Assembly (NCBI GenBank): GCA_017303975.1
Contig: JAFLBG010000008.1
Location: 30,855 to 94,854, forward strand
Origin: Bacteroidota bacterium
GTDB lineage: Bacteria; Bacteroidota; Bacteroidia; JAFLBG01
Direction: 5' to 3'
DNA length: 64,000 nt
How positions within the stretch are numbered: position 1 is the stretch's first letter; each line of letters starts with the position of its first letter. The position numbers were made by a program, and so were the translations under genes. The notes beneath the pieces were generated by a model. That model was given only the letters and a program-made list of their open reading frames with translations. It was not told where the DNA came from and made no database searches. Below are positions 46,623 through 57,769 of the stretch, in pieces.

Positions 46623-48458
46623 CTATGCTTTATTTTGAGAATTGTCTCCTGTATATTCTTCCACCTTTTTATTTTTCTTCTTTTCCATCGACTCCTTAAT
46701 GTCCTCCAGTTCTCCTGTAGGAATAGCACCAATTAATTTTTTAGTGTATTCTGTTTGTGGATTTGCGTAGATGGTATCGGCATCTCCCATTTCCTCTATT
46801 TTCCCTTTGTTCATTACAACCATTCTGTCCGACATGAATTTAACCACCGATAAGTCGTGTGAAATGAAGATATAGGTAAATTGAAACTCTTTTTTTAATT
46901 CATTCAGCAAGTTTAGTACTTGTGCTTGAATAGATACATCCAGTGCAGAAACAGACTCGTCACAAATAATAAACTGAGGATTGAGCGACAATGCTCTCGC
47001 AATACAAATACGTTGACGTTGTCCTCCTGAAAATTCGTGTGGATATCGGTAGAAGTGGGCTTCCTGCATATTTACTCTTTTAAGCAATTGCATTACCTTT
47101 TCTTTTCGCTCGCTGTCGTTATTCAGCACCTTATGAACTTTCATAGGTTCCATAATGGCTTCGCCTATTGTAATTCGCGGGTTTAAAGAAGAATATGGGT
47201 CTTGGAAAATAATTTGCATGTTTTGGCGCAACTTGCGCATTTCAGCCGTGGTAAGGTTGGTTATGTCTTGACCTTTGAAAATTATTTGTCCTTCGGTAGG
47301 CTCAATTAAACGTAAAATAGTTCTTCCTAGGGTAGTTTTTCCACATCCGGATTCTCCCACCAAACCTAGCGTTTCACCGGGATATACATCAAAGCTTACA
47401 TCGTCAACTGCGCGTACATAATCTTTTACATTGCCAAATAATCCACTACTAATAGGGAAGTAGGTTTTTATGTTTTTGATTTGCAGCAGCGGCTCTTGTG
47501 CATATAGTTTTTTATGAGCTTCGGTGCGCTCTTCAGTTGTTACGGTATGCTTTTTAATTACTTCCTCAATAGAAAAATTAGTTTGTGTAAGACCTCCTTG
47601 TTCATCGGTTTTCATAAAATCCGGAACGGTGGGTAGCCAATGCAAACGTCTTCCTAGTTTAGGTCTGCAGGCTAAAAGACCTTTGGTATAAGGGTGTTGA
47701 GGGTTCGAGAAAATATCCCACACACTTCCTTGCTCAACAATTTTACCTTTGTACATTACTACTACTTTGTCAGCAAGCTCTGCAATTACGCCTAAATCGT
47801 GGGTAATAAACATGATGCCCATATCGTGTTGCAATTGTAGTTTTTGCATTAACTCTAATATGGTTGCTTGAACCGTAACATCCAACGCTGTTGTGGGCTC
47901 ATCTGCTATTAATAGAGATGGGTTGCACGACATGGCCATGGCTATCATTACACGTTGCTTTTGCCCGCCTGAAATTTGATGTGGATAGGTATCGAAAATA
48001 GCCTCTGGTCTAGGTAATTGTACTTCTTTGAATAAATCTATTGTGCGTTGTTTTGCTTCTTTTTTTGAAACCTTTTGGTGTAATATAATAGCTTCCATTA
48101 CTTGATCTCCGCAAGTATATACAGGATTAAGCGATGTCATTGGCTCCTGGAAAATCATTGCAATTTCATTGCCTCGCAGGCTGCGCATTTCTTTTTCCGA
48201 TAGTTTGGTTAAATCAACAGTGCCTTTTGTTTTGGAATGAAATATAATTTCTCCTGAGGCAATTCTTCCCGGAGGATTTGGAATTAATCGCATCGTAGAA
48301 AGCGAGGTAACTGATTTTCCGGAACCAGATTCGCCAACAATACCAATAGTTTCGCCTTTATTTAGAGTAAAGCTAATGTCGTTTACAGCTTTTACAATTT
48401 CATCTTCTGTTTTAAATTCTGTTACCAGATTTCTAACTTCTAATAATGGTTGGCTCAT
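46623..48458 (-). CDS. ABC transporter ATP-binding protein with duplicated NBDs (Dpp/Opp D-F fusion type)
   Basis: 611 aa. Two full cassettes: Walker A GESGSGKS / GESGCGKTT, signatures ISGGQKQR / FSGGQRQR, Walker B LLIADEPT / FIICDESV. No permease gene adjacent. Confidence 0.9.
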   Translation of the reverse strand: MSQPLLEVRNLVTEFKTEDEIVKAVNDISFTLNKGETIGIVGESGSGKSVTSLSTMRLIPNPPGRIASGEIIFHSKTKGTVDLTKLSEKEMRSLRGNEIAMIFQEPMTSLNPVYTCGDQVMEAIILHQKVSKKEAKQRTIDLFKEVQLPRPEAIFDTYPHQISGGQKQRVMIAMAMSCNPSLLIADEPTTALDVTVQATILELMQKLQLQHDMGIMFITHDLGVIAELADKVVVMYKGKIVEQGSVWDIFSNPQHPYTKGLLACRPKLGRRLHWLPTVPDFMKTDEQGGLTQTNFSIEEVIKKHTVTTEERTEAHKKLYAQEPLLQIKNIKTYFPISSGLFGNVKDYVRAVDDVSFDVYPGETLGLVGESGCGKTTLGRTILRLIEPTEGQIIFKGQDITNLTTAEMRKLRQNMQIIFQDPYSSLNPRITIGEAIMEPMKVHKVLNNDSERKEKVMQLLKRVNMQEAHFYRYPHEFSGGQRQRICIARALSLNPQFIICDESVSALDVSIQAQVLNLLNELKKEFQFTYIFISHDLSVVKFMSDRMVVMNKGKIEEMGDADTIYANPQTEYTKKLIGAIPTGELEDIKESMEKKKNKKVEEYTGDNSQNKA

Positions 48459-48508
48459 AGTAAATTGGTATTATCCTTTAACCTCTGCTCAGGGTAACAT
48501 TTAGATTT

Positions 48509-48535
48509 GTCATGCCAAGCAGAGTCAAAGCATGA
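48509..48535 (+). repeat. Short dispersed hairpin repeat (gtcatgccaagcagagtcaaagcatga)
   Basis: Intergenic. catgc...gcatg stem. Same layout as the 6442..6465 copy, with compensatory stem changes. Confidence 0.4.
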
Positions 48536-48575
48536 TGATATTTAAAAATACAACTTAGAATCAAGTTCTGCAATT

Positions 48576-49958
48576 TTAAAACTCAGCACTCTTTGGAAAA
48601 CGAGGGAATGGAATTACATCACGAATATTGGTCATTCCGGTAACAAATAGCATTAATCGTTCGAATCCAAGACCAAATCCACTGTGAGGACATGAGCCAA
48701 ATTTTCTGGTTTCTAAATACCACCATAATGTTTCTTCGTGAATACCCATTTCTTTTACACGTGTATGTAATTTTGTGTAATCGTCTTCTCGCTGCGAGCC
48801 ACCAATAATCTCGCCAATGTATGGGAATAAAATGTCCATTGCACGAACCGTTTTCCCGTCAGCATCTTGCTTCATGTAAAAAGCTTTGATGTCTTTAGGG
48901 TAATTGGTAACTATAACAGGAGCTTTAAAATGATCTACTAAATAGTTTTCGTGTTCCTTTTGCAAGTCGCTTCCCCACTCGGCTTTAAATTCGAATTTTT
49001 TTCCGGAAGAAGTCAATGTTTCAATGGCCTGCGTATAGGTAATACGTTTAAACGGATTGGTTACTACAAAATTTAATCGTTCTAGCAATTGCTTATCATA
49101 CATGGTGTTTAAGAAGGTAAGGTCTTCTAAACAATTGTCTAATGCGTATTTAACCAGGTACTTCAACATTTCCTCCGCAAGGTTCATGTTGTCTTCTAAA
49201 TCATTAAAAGCTACTTCCGGCTCAATCATCCAAAATTCAGCCAAATGGCGTGGAGTGTTTGAGTTTTCTGCTCTAAAGGTTGGGCCAAATGTATATATTT
49301 TTCCGAGTGCTAAAGCTCCTAATTCTCCTTCTAATTGTCCGGAAACAGTAAGGTTTGTTACCTTTCCAAAAAAATCTTCGGTATAGTTTACAGATCCATC
49401 TTCGTTTTTTGGAAGATTATTCAAATCAAGTGTAGTAACTCGAAACATCTCGCCTGCACCCTCTGCATCAGATCCGGTTATGATTGGAGTGTGTAAATTA
49501 AAAAAGCCTTTGTCGTTAAAAAATTTGTGAATAGCATAGGACATGTTGTGTCGAATGCGAAGCACAGCGCCAAAGGTATTGGTGCGTGGTCTTAAATGTG
49601 CAATTTCTCTTAGGAATTCCAATGTGTGTCCCTTTTTTTGCAAAGGAAAGCTTTCGTCTGCACCGCCCAATAACTCAATAGATTTAGCTTGTATTTCCAC
49701 TGTTTGACCTTGTCCTTGCGATTTAACCAGCGTTCCCGAAGCACTTACGCAAGCCCCTGTATTTATAGGTTTTAAAACATCTTCCGAAATAGCAGTAAAA
49801 TCAACTACAAGTTGCAGATTGTTAATAGTTGAGCCATCATTCAATGCTATAAAAGCAACGTTTTTATTCCCACGTTTGGTACGAACCCACCCTTTTATAG
49901 ATACTTCTGTATTGTAATCTGTAGATTGTAATAACTGCTTGATTGTTTGCTTTTCCAT
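48576..49958 (-). CDS. asnS: Asparagine--tRNA ligase
   Basis: Class IIb aaRS. N-terminal OB anticodon-binding domain. Motif 2 region [21 protein letters not shown], motif 3 [12 protein letters not shown] 49958 ([10 protein letters not shown]) preferred over the longer ORF-track start. Confidence 0.92.
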   Translation of the reverse strand: MEKQTIKQLLQSTDYNTEVSIKGWVRTKRGNKNVAFIALNDGSTINNLQLVVDFTAISEDVLKPINTGACVSASGTLVKSQGQGQTVEIQAKSIELLGGADESFPLQKKGHTLEFLREIAHLRPRTNTFGAVLRIRHNMSYAIHKFFNDKGFFNLHTPIITGSDAEGAGEMFRVTTLDLNNLPKNEDGSVNYTEDFFGKVTNLTVSGQLEGELGALALGKIYTFGPTFRAENSNTPRHLAEFWMIEPEVAFNDLEDNMNLAEEMLKYLVKYALDNCLEDLTFLNTMYDKQLLERLNFVVTNPFKRITYTQAIETLTSSGKKFEFKAEWGSDLQKEHENYLVDHFKAPVIVTNYPKDIKAFYMKQDADGKTVRAMDILFPYIGEIIGGSQREDDYTKLHTRVKEMGIHEETLWWYLETRKFGSCPHSGFGLGFERLMLFVTGMTNIRDVIPFPRFPKSAEF

Positions 49959-50057
49959 AATGAATGAATGTTTATGCAAAAAAACAAAAAATAAGTTGAT
50001 TTGAGAAAAGCAATCTAGCGTTCTATATTCCCGATTTTTTCTTAGTTTTATAGTGCT

Positions 50058-50408
50058 ATGCAAACTCAAATTTTAAAATCTAAAATTCACCGTGTAAAAA
50101 TTACACAGGCTGAATTACATTATATTGGCAGTATAACAGTTGACGAGGATTTAATGGATGCCGCCAATTTAATTGAACACGAAAAGGTTCAAGTAGTAAA
50201 TCTTAATAATGGCGAGCGCCTAGAAACCTATGTTATAAAGGGGAAAAGAGGTTCTGGTATTATTTGTCTCAATGGTCCTGCTGCACGAAAAGGAGAAGTT
50301 GGCGACATTGTTATAATTATTTCATACGCCTCTATGGATTTTGAGGAGGCTAAAAAGTTTACGCCAACCCAAATATTCCCCAATAGCGAAACCAACAAGC
50401 TGAACTAA
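50058..50408 (+). CDS. panD: Aspartate 1-decarboxylase proenzyme
   Basis: 116 aa. [32 protein letters not shown] with the self-processing Gly-Ser site (YIGSIT). Confidence 0.92.
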   Translation: MQTQILKSKIHRVKITQAELHYIGSITVDEDLMDAANLIEHEKVQVVNLNNGERLETYVIKGKRGSGIICLNGPAARKGEVGDIVIIISYASMDFEEAKKFTPTQIFPNSETNKLN

Positions 50409-50409
50409 G

Positions 50410-51429
50410 TTGAATACTAAAATTTCATCCGTAGTAAAAGTCCTTTTTTTTATTTCCTTAAGTGTGCTCTTGGTATGGTTAGTGGTAAAGGATATAACGG
50501 CTGAAGAAAAAAAATCAATATACATAGCCTTTGAAAAGGCAGACTATACATGGATTGGAGCCTCCATTATAATTGGTATTTTGAGCCATGTTGTTAGGGC
50601 TGTACGTTGGAAGATGTTATTGCAACCACTTGGTTATAATCCCAAAGGGAGCAATATGTTTTTTTCTGTAATGGTTGGTTATCTAGCAAATTTAGCATTG
50701 CCAAGGCTCGGAGAAGCTTCTCGGTGCGGTGTTTTAACGAAGTACGAAAAAATTCCATTTAACGAATCGTTTGGAACAGTCGTGGCTGAGAGAGCAGTTG
50801 ATGTAATTTGTTTAGTTGTTATAACGGCAATTACTTTGTTATTGAAAGCGCAAATATTGTATTCGTTTGCCTCCGAAAAGTTGATTAATCCAGCTTTGCA
50901 AAAAATAGATAGGTTTACTTCTAATCCTATTGCATTAGTTGTTTTTCTTTTAATTACAGTCGCATTGATTTTTGTTGTGTATAAATTTTTATTCGCAAAG
51001 AAAAGTACAGATGCCTCAAAAGCTACGTTGGTAGATAAGTTTAGAGGAATGATAAAAGGATTTATGCAAGGGTTGGTAGCAATTAAAAAAATAAAGCATC
51101 CGGTGCTTTTTGGCTTTTATTCAATTTTGATTTGGGGTTTGTATTATGGAGCACTTCATATTTGTTTCTTGTCTTTCGAAGAAACAAAACACTTGGGTAT
51201 ACTGGAGGCATTGTGTGTATTGATATTCGGAAGTCTTGGAATTATGTTTGTTCCGGGTGGTGCCGGTGCGTATCAGAAATTGGTAATCGAAACATTGGCA
51301 ATATTTTCTGTCCCGTTTGTTATTGCCTTTGCCTTTGCTTGGATTGCATGGGCAGCACAAGTAGCACTTGTGTTGGTTATTGGAGCTTTTTCGTTAATAG
51401 CGCTCCCGCTTTTTAATAAGGGAAAATAA
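50410..51429 (+). CDS. UPF0104 / lysylphosphatidylglycerol-synthase-TM-region (flippase-like) membrane protein
   Basis: 339 aa, ~8 TM. R.VRW..LL and LPRLGEASRC motifs typical of the family. TTG start 1 nt after the panD stop. Confidence 0.65.
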   Translation: MNTKISSVVKVLFFISLSVLLVWLVVKDITAEEKKSIYIAFEKADYTWIGASIIIGILSHVVRAVRWKMLLQPLGYNPKGSNMFFSVMVGYLANLALPRLGEASRCGVLTKYEKIPFNESFGTVVAERAVDVICLVVITAITLLLKAQILYSFASEKLINPALQKIDRFTSNPIALVVFLLITVALIFVVYKFLFAKKSTDASKATLVDKFRGMIKGFMQGLVAIKKIKHPVLFGFYSILIWGLYYGALHICFLSFEETKHLGILEALCVLIFGSLGIMFVPGGAGAYQKLVIETLAIFSVPFVIAFAFAWIAWAAQVALVLVIGAFSLIALPLFNKGK

Positions 51430-51430
51430 A

Positions 51431-52618
51431 TTATTTTTTTGATAGTTTTTTTGCAGGTTTTTTAATAACTAGCATTAGTACATTCAGCGAAAGGCGAACC
51501 AATAAGAACGAAATCCAATTTTTTATTTTTTTAAAATATGTAAATTCTACTTCTGTGTTTTTAATTTCAACACACTCGTTTTTTATAATTTCTTGCAATT
51601 GATTTTTTACACTTAGTATTTCCTCTTGATTGTGCAGTACTATGTTGTATTCCAAACTCCCATAATCACTTAGCCAGTTTATATTGTAGGAGCCAATGGT
51701 AACAGAGGTTGTGTCCGCAATAGCTACTTTTCCATGTACCATACCGTTTTTCCATTTGTAAATAGAAAAATTATTTTTAATCATCCATGCGTAAAAGTAT
51801 TCTGTTGCATATTCAACAATTGCCACATCTGATTTGGAAGGAACAATAAAGCAAATTTTAACACCACGTTTAGCAGCCTTTTTTAGTAAGCGTTTTAAGC
51901 GAATTCCCGGTAAAAAATAGCTGGCAACTAGAATAAGCTCCTGCTTTGATTCCCTGATTAATTGTCTGTAATATCTAGATATTTCTAGCTTCCCTTTTAG
52001 CCAATCGTTTTCTAGTAAAGAAATAGATATCGAGCCTTTTTCTATCGATGTGTTTTTGGTATAGTTGTCGGTAAATAATTTTTTTTGTTCAGCAAGTTTC
52101 CATTTTTTAATACAATCATTTCTAATGGCAATAGAAACCTCGCCTCTTGTATAAGCCGCAAAATCTAGCCAAGCGGTGCTTTGGGAGGTTCCTTTGTAGT
52201 TGTTAGAAATGTTAATTCCTCCAACCAGTGCATGGATTCCGTCTACCACCACAATTTTTTGATGCATGCGCCTGCCTAGCTGAATTCTTTTTTTTGAAAA
52301 AATGCGCGAATAAAGTTTTATGATTACACCTGCAGATTCTAACTTGTTTCTAATTTCTCCGGAAAACCCGGAAGAGCCATATGCATCCAAAACAATATAA
52401 ATTTTAACTCCTCGTTTGATGGCATCTAATAGGGGTGGTATTAAAAAATTGCCGGTTTCATCGTCTTCCCAAATGTAAAACTGTAAGTGTATTTCGTTTT
52501 TAGCATTGGTAATTAGTTCGTGCAAAAAATAGAAAAACTCATCCCCGCTTCGTAAAAAGCGAAAATGAGTTGTTGAGTAAATGTTTTTTTTAGTAATGTT
52601 TGTGGATTTAGTTAACAT
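51431..52618 (-). CDS. Phospholipase D / cardiolipin-synthase-like protein (two HKD motifs)
   Basis: 395 aa. HKD motifs RMHQKIVVVDG...GGINI and MVHGKVAIADT...GSYNI. C-terminal hydrophobic tail. Confidence 0.8.
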   Translation of the reverse strand: MLTKSTNITKKNIYSTTHFRFLRSGDEFFYFLHELITNAKNEIHLQFYIWEDDETGNFLIPPLLDAIKRGVKIYIVLDAYGSSGFSGEIRNKLESAGVIIKLYSRIFSKKRIQLGRRMHQKIVVVDGIHALVGGINISNNYKGTSQSTAWLDFAAYTRGEVSIAIRNDCIKKWKLAEQKKLFTDNYTKNTSIEKGSISISLLENDWLKGKLEISRYYRQLIRESKQELILVASYFLPGIRLKRLLKKAAKRGVKICFIVPSKSDVAIVEYATEYFYAWMIKNNFSIYKWKNGMVHGKVAIADTTSVTIGSYNINWLSDYGSLEYNIVLHNQEEILSVKNQLQEIIKNECVEIKNTEVEFTYFKKIKNWISFLLVRLSLNVLMLVIKKPAKKLSKK

Positions 52619-52634
52619 CCATCAAACATTAAAA

Positions 52635-52742
52635 TTATCCAAAAATTACAATTGCAAGCAGGCACATAATGGCAAATATAACATATACCACAGCAAATGT
52701 CCCTGCTCCGTCATCGCTTGTTGTTGTTTTTAAGAATCCCAT
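52635..52742 (-). CDS. Candidate 35-aa single-TM micro-protein
   Basis: ATG...TAA ORF below the ORF-track cutoff: MGFLKTTTSDDGAGTFAVVYVIFAIMCLLAIVIFG. Sits 17 nt upstream of the PLD-like gene on the same strand. No other support. Confidence 0.2.
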   Translation of the reverse strand: MGFLKTTTSDDGAGTFAVVYVIFAIMCLLAIVIFG

Positions 52743-52804
52743 AAATAAAACGTTTGATTTTCGTAAATTTAACAATTATACTAAATATAACCAACCCAAA
52801 AAAT

Positions 52805-53809
52805 ATGCAAAAAATTAGAGTTGCCATAAACGGATTCGGACGAATTGGTAGAATAACCTTTCGAGAGTTATTTGCCAATCCACTTGTAGATGTTGTAGCT
52901 ATTAATGATTTAACAGACGCTAAGACATTGGCGCATCTGCTAAAGTACGATTCTATACATGGCTCTTATAAAAAAGATACTATCACTTTTGAAGAAAAGG
53001 AGCTGATTGTGGATAACAAAAGAATAAAGATTATTTCACAAAAAGACCCTTCGGTGCTGCCTTGGAACGAGTTGAAAATTGATGTATTGGTAGAATGTAC
53101 CGGTTTATTTTTAGATAGGATTGGTGCGCAAAAACATATTGATGCAGGAGCTAGAAAGGTTGTGTTATCAGCCCCTCCAACAGATAATACCATAAAGGCA
53201 ATCGTAATTGGAGTAAATGATGCTATTTTAGAGAAAGGCGACACTATTATATCAAATGCCTCCTGCACCACAAATTGTGCAGCGCCTATGATTAAAGTGT
53301 TAGATGAGCATTGGGGTATTGAAGACGGATATATAACTACTGTTCACTCCTATACCGGAGATCAGCGTTTGCACGACTCACCACATAAAGACTTGCGAAG
53401 AGCCCGAGCAGCAGCATTGTCTATTGTGCCTACTTCTACCGGAGCTGCTAAAGCAATTACTAAAATTTTTCCTCATTTAGAAGGAAAATTAGGAGGGTGT
53501 GGTGTTCGCGTTCCCGTTCCGGATGGATCGTTAACCGACATTACTTGCGTCCTTAAAAAAACACCTACTGTTAAAGAGATAAATGAGGCATTTAAATTAG
53601 CCGCTGCAGGTAATTTGAAAGGAGTATTGGAATATACCGAAGATCCAATTGTATCAATCGACATTGTTAATAATCCTAATTCGTGTATTTATGATGCTGA
53701 GTTTACCTCAATTGTAGGTAATATGGTAAAAGTAATGGGTTGGTACGATAATGAATCGGGATATTCGGCTCGATTAGCGGAACTCGTTTGTAAGGTAAAC
53801 GAACTTTAA
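52805..53809 (+). CDS. gap: Type I glyceraldehyde-3-phosphate dehydrogenase
   Basis: 334 aa from ATG 52805. INGFGRIGR NAD-binding motif and the active-site SNASCTTNC. C-terminal WYDNE.GYS. Confidence 0.93.
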   Translation: MQKIRVAINGFGRIGRITFRELFANPLVDVVAINDLTDAKTLAHLLKYDSIHGSYKKDTITFEEKELIVDNKRIKIISQKDPSVLPWNELKIDVLVECTGLFLDRIGAQKHIDAGARKVVLSAPPTDNTIKAIVIGVNDAILEKGDTIISNASCTTNCAAPMIKVLDEHWGIEDGYITTVHSYTGDQRLHDSPHKDLRRARAAALSIVPTSTGAAKAITKIFPHLEGKLGGCGVRVPVPDGSLTDITCVLKKTPTVKEINEAFKLAAAGNLKGVLEYTEDPIVSIDIVNNPNSCIYDAEFTSIVGNMVKVMGWYDNESGYSARLAELVCKVNEL

Positions 53810-53876
53810 GTCTTTGTTGCTCAGCAAACTACTTATTATATCTGTGAAATAGGTTGACTTTTGATGCATTTGAGGT

Positions 53877-53884
53877 TATATTTG
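53877..53884 (+). promoter_or_regulatory. Candidate -7 box (TAnnTTTG) for the type-B cargo/porP/ompA operon
   Basis: tatatttg ends 24 nt upstream of ATG 53909. A ttgac lies about 20 nt further upstream. Confidence 0.35.
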
Positions 53885-53908
53885 CATAAATTTTCTTAAC
53901 CACACAGT

Positions 53909-56900
53909 ATGAAACTTACCCAGAGAGCAATACTGCCGTTGTTGGCAGTATATTTAATTATTGGTTTTGTAACCTTAACCAAAACTACGTATTCTCAATT
54001 AGTAGATCCATTTAAAATTTATTACCAAACCAATCAACGAGGTGGTATAAAGTACGTTGCAAATTCGGCTACCACTTGCGATGGCGGTTGCGCAGCTCAA
54101 AATGAGGTTCCTCCTGCCGGAACCGGTAAAAACAACGATTTTAACAACAACTTTATTGATATAGATGGAGACCCGTCTACATTTATGTCTTCTTCGGATA
54201 GCTTGTATCTACCGGCATGTAGCGAAATTTCCTGGGCTGGATTATTTTGGGGGGGAGAAACATTTTCCGGATCGCCCTATTATGCAACCAGAGGAGATGT
54301 TAAAATTAAGATTAACAACGGTTCTTATATTAATCTAACCGCAGATAGTTTACTAGATAACGTATTGACTTTTACTAGCTACCATTGCTTTAAAGACATA
54401 ACATCTCTTATGCAGCCTGTAGGTGGTAATGCACGTATTACCGTTGCTGATGTTACTGCGCGTGGTGGTGTAGGTAACCGATTTGGAGGCTGGAACTTGG
54501 TGGTTGTATACAAAAACAATACAAAGCCATTGCGCAATCTTACTGTATTTGGTGGTTTATCTCATGTAATGAGCACCAATCCAACAACTGATATAAATTT
54601 GAACGGGATTTTTACACCTCCTTCCGGAGCTGTAAATTTTGAAATTGGGCATATGTCTTTTGATGGCGATAGAGATTATACTCAAGATTCTCTTTTGTTT
54701 AAGGGAACAAGCAGTACCAGCTTTAAAGCTGTTTCGGATGCATCTCATAATGCAGGAAATATTTTTAATAGCTGTTTAAGTTATAATGGAGTTCTTAGTC
54801 CTTACACGATACCTAATTATAGCAATACGCTTGGGTTTGATGCTTCTATATTCTTACCAAATAATGCATCAAAACAATACATTTCAAACAATGATACATC
54901 TGCAACGCTGCGTTTAAGAACAGTGGTAGAGGGTTATCTAACTCAAATGGTTTCTATGGCTGTAGATATTTACGAGCCTGATTTGCATTCTGTAGTGCGC
55001 ATTAAAGATGCAAATGGTGGAAATCTAAATCCCGGAGATACATTAATTTATACCGTAGTAACCTACAATAACGGGAACGATGTTTCTGTTAACTCATACG
55101 TGCGTGATAGCGTGGCACAAAATCAAACATTTGTTCCGGGGTCTATTAATATTACTTATGGTCCAAACAGTGGCCCTAAAACAGATGTTTCATCAGACGA
55201 TCAGGCTGAATACATTACTTCTAGTAGAGTTGTGCGTGTTCGTATTGGAACAGGTGCAAATGCTACAAGTGGCGGAGATGTGTTAAACTCTTCAGGTGGA
55301 ACAGATAGTACGGTATTTGTATATAAAACAGTAGTTACAACTAATTGTGTTGCACTTTTGTGTAACAACACAATAACCAATAGGGCATGGGCTTATGGCA
55401 TTGGGCAGATATCAGGTAATTTCCAAAAACATGGTAGTACATCAGGATTAAAAAATTCTAGTAATTGTCCTGTTTCAAATGTAACCACGCTTACTATTCA
55501 GAATTCATGCACAAAACCTGCAAATATCTCAAATATTAAAACTTGCCCTGGAACACTTTTTGCTACACAGTTTCCAACATTAGTAGGTTATACTTTTTAC
55601 TCGAACGCTGCACTTACTAACACAATTGCTGCAATTCCATCGGTAGGTACTTATTACGCATATTACAAAGCCTATACAGGCTGTTCAGATACTGTTACAA
55701 TTGGAATTACATCAGTAGCGTGTGATATAGATGGCGATGGGGAAGATGACATTATAGATTTAGATGACGATAACGATGGTGTTCCTGATGTTGTTGAGAT
55801 TTGTGGTGTTGGAGCAACTAGCTTTAGTTGTATTGGTGGTGCCGATCCGCATGGAGATGCAGATAATGATGGAGTTCCTAATTATCAAGACCCTGGATTT
55901 TGTACGTTGAATGCCAAAGGTGTGTGTGCAACAATGGATACTGACGGAGATGGTATAATCAATAGTTCTGATATAGACAGTGATAATGATGGAATGACAG
56001 ATGTTGTGGAGAATGGAGGTTCAGATCCTGATAACAACGGACAAATTGGTTCGGGCACAGGTACCGGTATTCCGGATTCTGATAACGATGGATTGGCTGA
56101 TTTGGTTGACCCTACAACAGGAGGAACTCCATTAACATATCCAAATAGTGATTCAGATAATGTGCCGAATTATTTAGATTTAGATGCCGATAACGATGGT
56201 ATTGCTGATAATATTGAAGCACAATCAACAACTGGATACATTCTGCCAACTGCTACCGATGCAGATAAAGATGGTCTTTTAGATGTGTATGATAATTTTA
56301 GCGGATTTGGTGGCTCGGGTGTAACACCTGTTAATACAGATGCTACAGATCTTCCGGATTATTTAGATTTAGATAGCGACAACGATAACTATCCTGATTT
56401 AACAGAAGGAAACGACTTTAATGGCGACAACGTTCCGGATGTGCTGCCTTCCGGTAATGATGCTGATAACGATGGTATAGACGATTCGTACGATAATGTA
56501 GTTGCAAGCTCTAACCCACTAGGAAATGTTTCTAATAACGATGGACCTCCAACATCTTCTAAGTTCCCGAATGTTGATGGAGGTAGTGCAGAGTTAGATT
56601 GGAGAGATGTTTTTGATACAGATGGAGATGGAAATCCGAATAATACCGATTTAGATGATGATAACGATGGAATTCCGGATACAGCAGAAAATCCTATCAC
56701 AGGAACTAATACTCCTAACAAGGACACTGATAAAGACGGAACTCCTGATTTAATTGATTTAGACAGCGATAACGATGGTATCACTGATGTCGTTGAGGCT
56801 GGGGGAACAGATCCAGATAATAATGGACAAATTGGTTCAGGAACAGGCACAGGTATTCCTGATTCTAATGACGATGGTTTAGCAGATTTAGTTGACCCTA

Positions 56901-57724
56901 CAACCGGAGGAACACCACTAACACTTACCAATAGCGATTCAGATCCAATTCCTAATTATTTAGATATAGATGCGGATAACGATGGTATTGTTGATAATAT
57001 AGAAGCACAAACAACTACAGGCTATGTAGCGCCATCTACAAATGATACAGACTATGACGGAATTTTAAATTCGTATGATAATTATGTTGGTTTTGGTGGT
57101 TCTGGTTTAACACCTACCAATACAGATGGAATGGACAAGCCTGATTATTTAGACTTAGACACGGATGGAGATTATTTTTCAGATATTATCGAAGGAAATG
57201 ATTTTGATGGAGATGGAGCTCCGGACGATCTTGCTACCGGTAATGATGCTGATAATGATGGTTTGGACGATGCGTATGATAACATAGACGGAACAATAGC
57301 TGCAAATGCTATCCCTAATGTTGCAAACAATGATGGTCCTCCAACATCTTCTACATTCCCACTTGTAAATAGCGCTACAACCGAATTAGATTGGAGAGAT
57401 AAAAACAATAAAATAATTGTTCCTGAGGGATTCTCTCCAAACGGTGATGGTATAAATGATTATTTCCAATTAAAAGGCATAGAATCATTCCCAAGAAATG
57501 AGGTAACCATCTTTAATCGTTGGGGTAATATTGTATTCGAAGGCAAGCAATATGACAACAACAAAGTGAAGTGGGATGGCACAAACAACAATAGCTTTGG
57601 AACAGGCGATGGATTTGTACCTGAGGGCACATACTTCTATGTTATATTTTATAGAGTAACTGAAGATAGCGAGTTGATGAAGCTAAGTGGATACGTATAT
57701 GTAAATAGAGACGGAGCTAAATAA
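53909..57724 (+). CDS. Giant Asp-rich calcium-binding-repeat surface protein with T9SS type-B CTD
   Basis: 1271 aa. Signal/TM N-terminus. DUF11-like segment (LIYTVVTYNNGNDVSVNSYVRDSV...). About 550 aa of thrombospondin-type-3-like DxDxDGxxDxxD repeats. C-terminus VPEGFSPNGDGINDYF...FNRWGNIVF...WDGT...PEGTYFY is a type-B CTD. Confidence 0.85.
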   Translation: MKLTQRAILPLLAVYLIIGFVTLTKTTYSQLVDPFKIYYQTNQRGGIKYVANSATTCDGGCAAQNEVPPAGTGKNNDFNNNFIDIDGDPSTFMSSSDSLYLPACSEISWAGLFWGGETFSGSPYYATRGDVKIKINNGSYINLTADSLLDNVLTFTSYHCFKDITSLMQPVGGNARITVADVTARGGVGNRFGGWNLVVVYKNNTKPLRNLTVFGGLSHVMSTNPTTDINLNGIFTPPSGAVNFEIGHMSFDGDRDYTQDSLLFKGTSSTSFKAVSDASHNAGNIFNSCLSYNGVLSPYTIPNYSNTLGFDASIFLPNNASKQYISNNDTSATLRLRTVVEGYLTQMVSMAVDIYEPDLHSVVRIKDANGGNLNPGDTLIYTVVTYNNGNDVSVNSYVRDSVAQNQTFVPGSINITYGPNSGPKTDVSSDDQAEYITSSRVVRVRIGTGANATSGGDVLNSSGGTDSTVFVYKTVVTTNCVALLCNNTITNRAWAYGIGQISGNFQKHGSTSGLKNSSNCPVSNVTTLTIQNSCTKPANISNIKTCPGTLFATQFPTLVGYTFYSNAALTNTIAAIPSVGTYYAYYKAYTGCSDTVTIGITSVACDIDGDGEDDIIDLDDDNDGVPDVVEICGVGATSFSCIGGADPHGDADNDGVPNYQDPGFCTLNAKGVCATMDTDGDGIINSSDIDSDNDGMTDVVENGGSDPDNNGQIGSGTGTGIPDSDNDGLADLVDPTTGGTPLTYPNSDSDNVPNYLDLDADNDGIADNIEAQSTTGYILPTATDADKDGLLDVYDNFSGFGGSGVTPVNTDATDLPDYLDLDSDNDNYPDLTEGNDFNGDNVPDVLPSGNDADNDGIDDSYDNVVASSNPLGNVSNNDGPPTSSKFPNVDGGSAELDWRDVFDTDGDGNPNNTDLDDDNDGIPDTAENPITGTNTPNKDTDKDGTPDLIDLDSDNDGITDVVEAGGTDPDNNGQIGSGTGTGIPDSNDDGLADLVDPTTGGTPLTLTNSDSDPIPNYLDIDADNDGIVDNIEAQTTTGYVAPSTNDTDYDGILNSYDNYVGFGGSGLTPTNTDGMDKPDYLDLDTDGDYFSDIIEGNDFDGDGAPDDLATGNDADNDGLDDAYDNIDGTIAANAIPNVANNDGPPTSSTFPLVNSATTELDWRDKNNKIIVPEGFSPNGDGINDYFQLKGIESFPRNEVTIFNRWGNIVFEGKQYDNNKVKWDGTNNNSFGTGDGFVPEGTYFYVIFYRVTEDSELMKLSGYVYVNRDGAK
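55970..57400 (+). repeat. Internal tandem duplication (two ~640-bp blocks, 786-bp period) inside the calcium-repeat protein gene
   Basis: Block 1 (55970..56608, DIDSDNDGMTDVVENGG...AELDWRD) and block 2 (56756..57400, DLDSDNDGITDVVEAGG...TELDWRD) align collinearly. Most residues are identical by eye. Confidence 0.8.
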
Positions 57725-57769
57725 AATTTTGAATGTTGAATTGTGATTGATAAATAAAAATTGATAACC

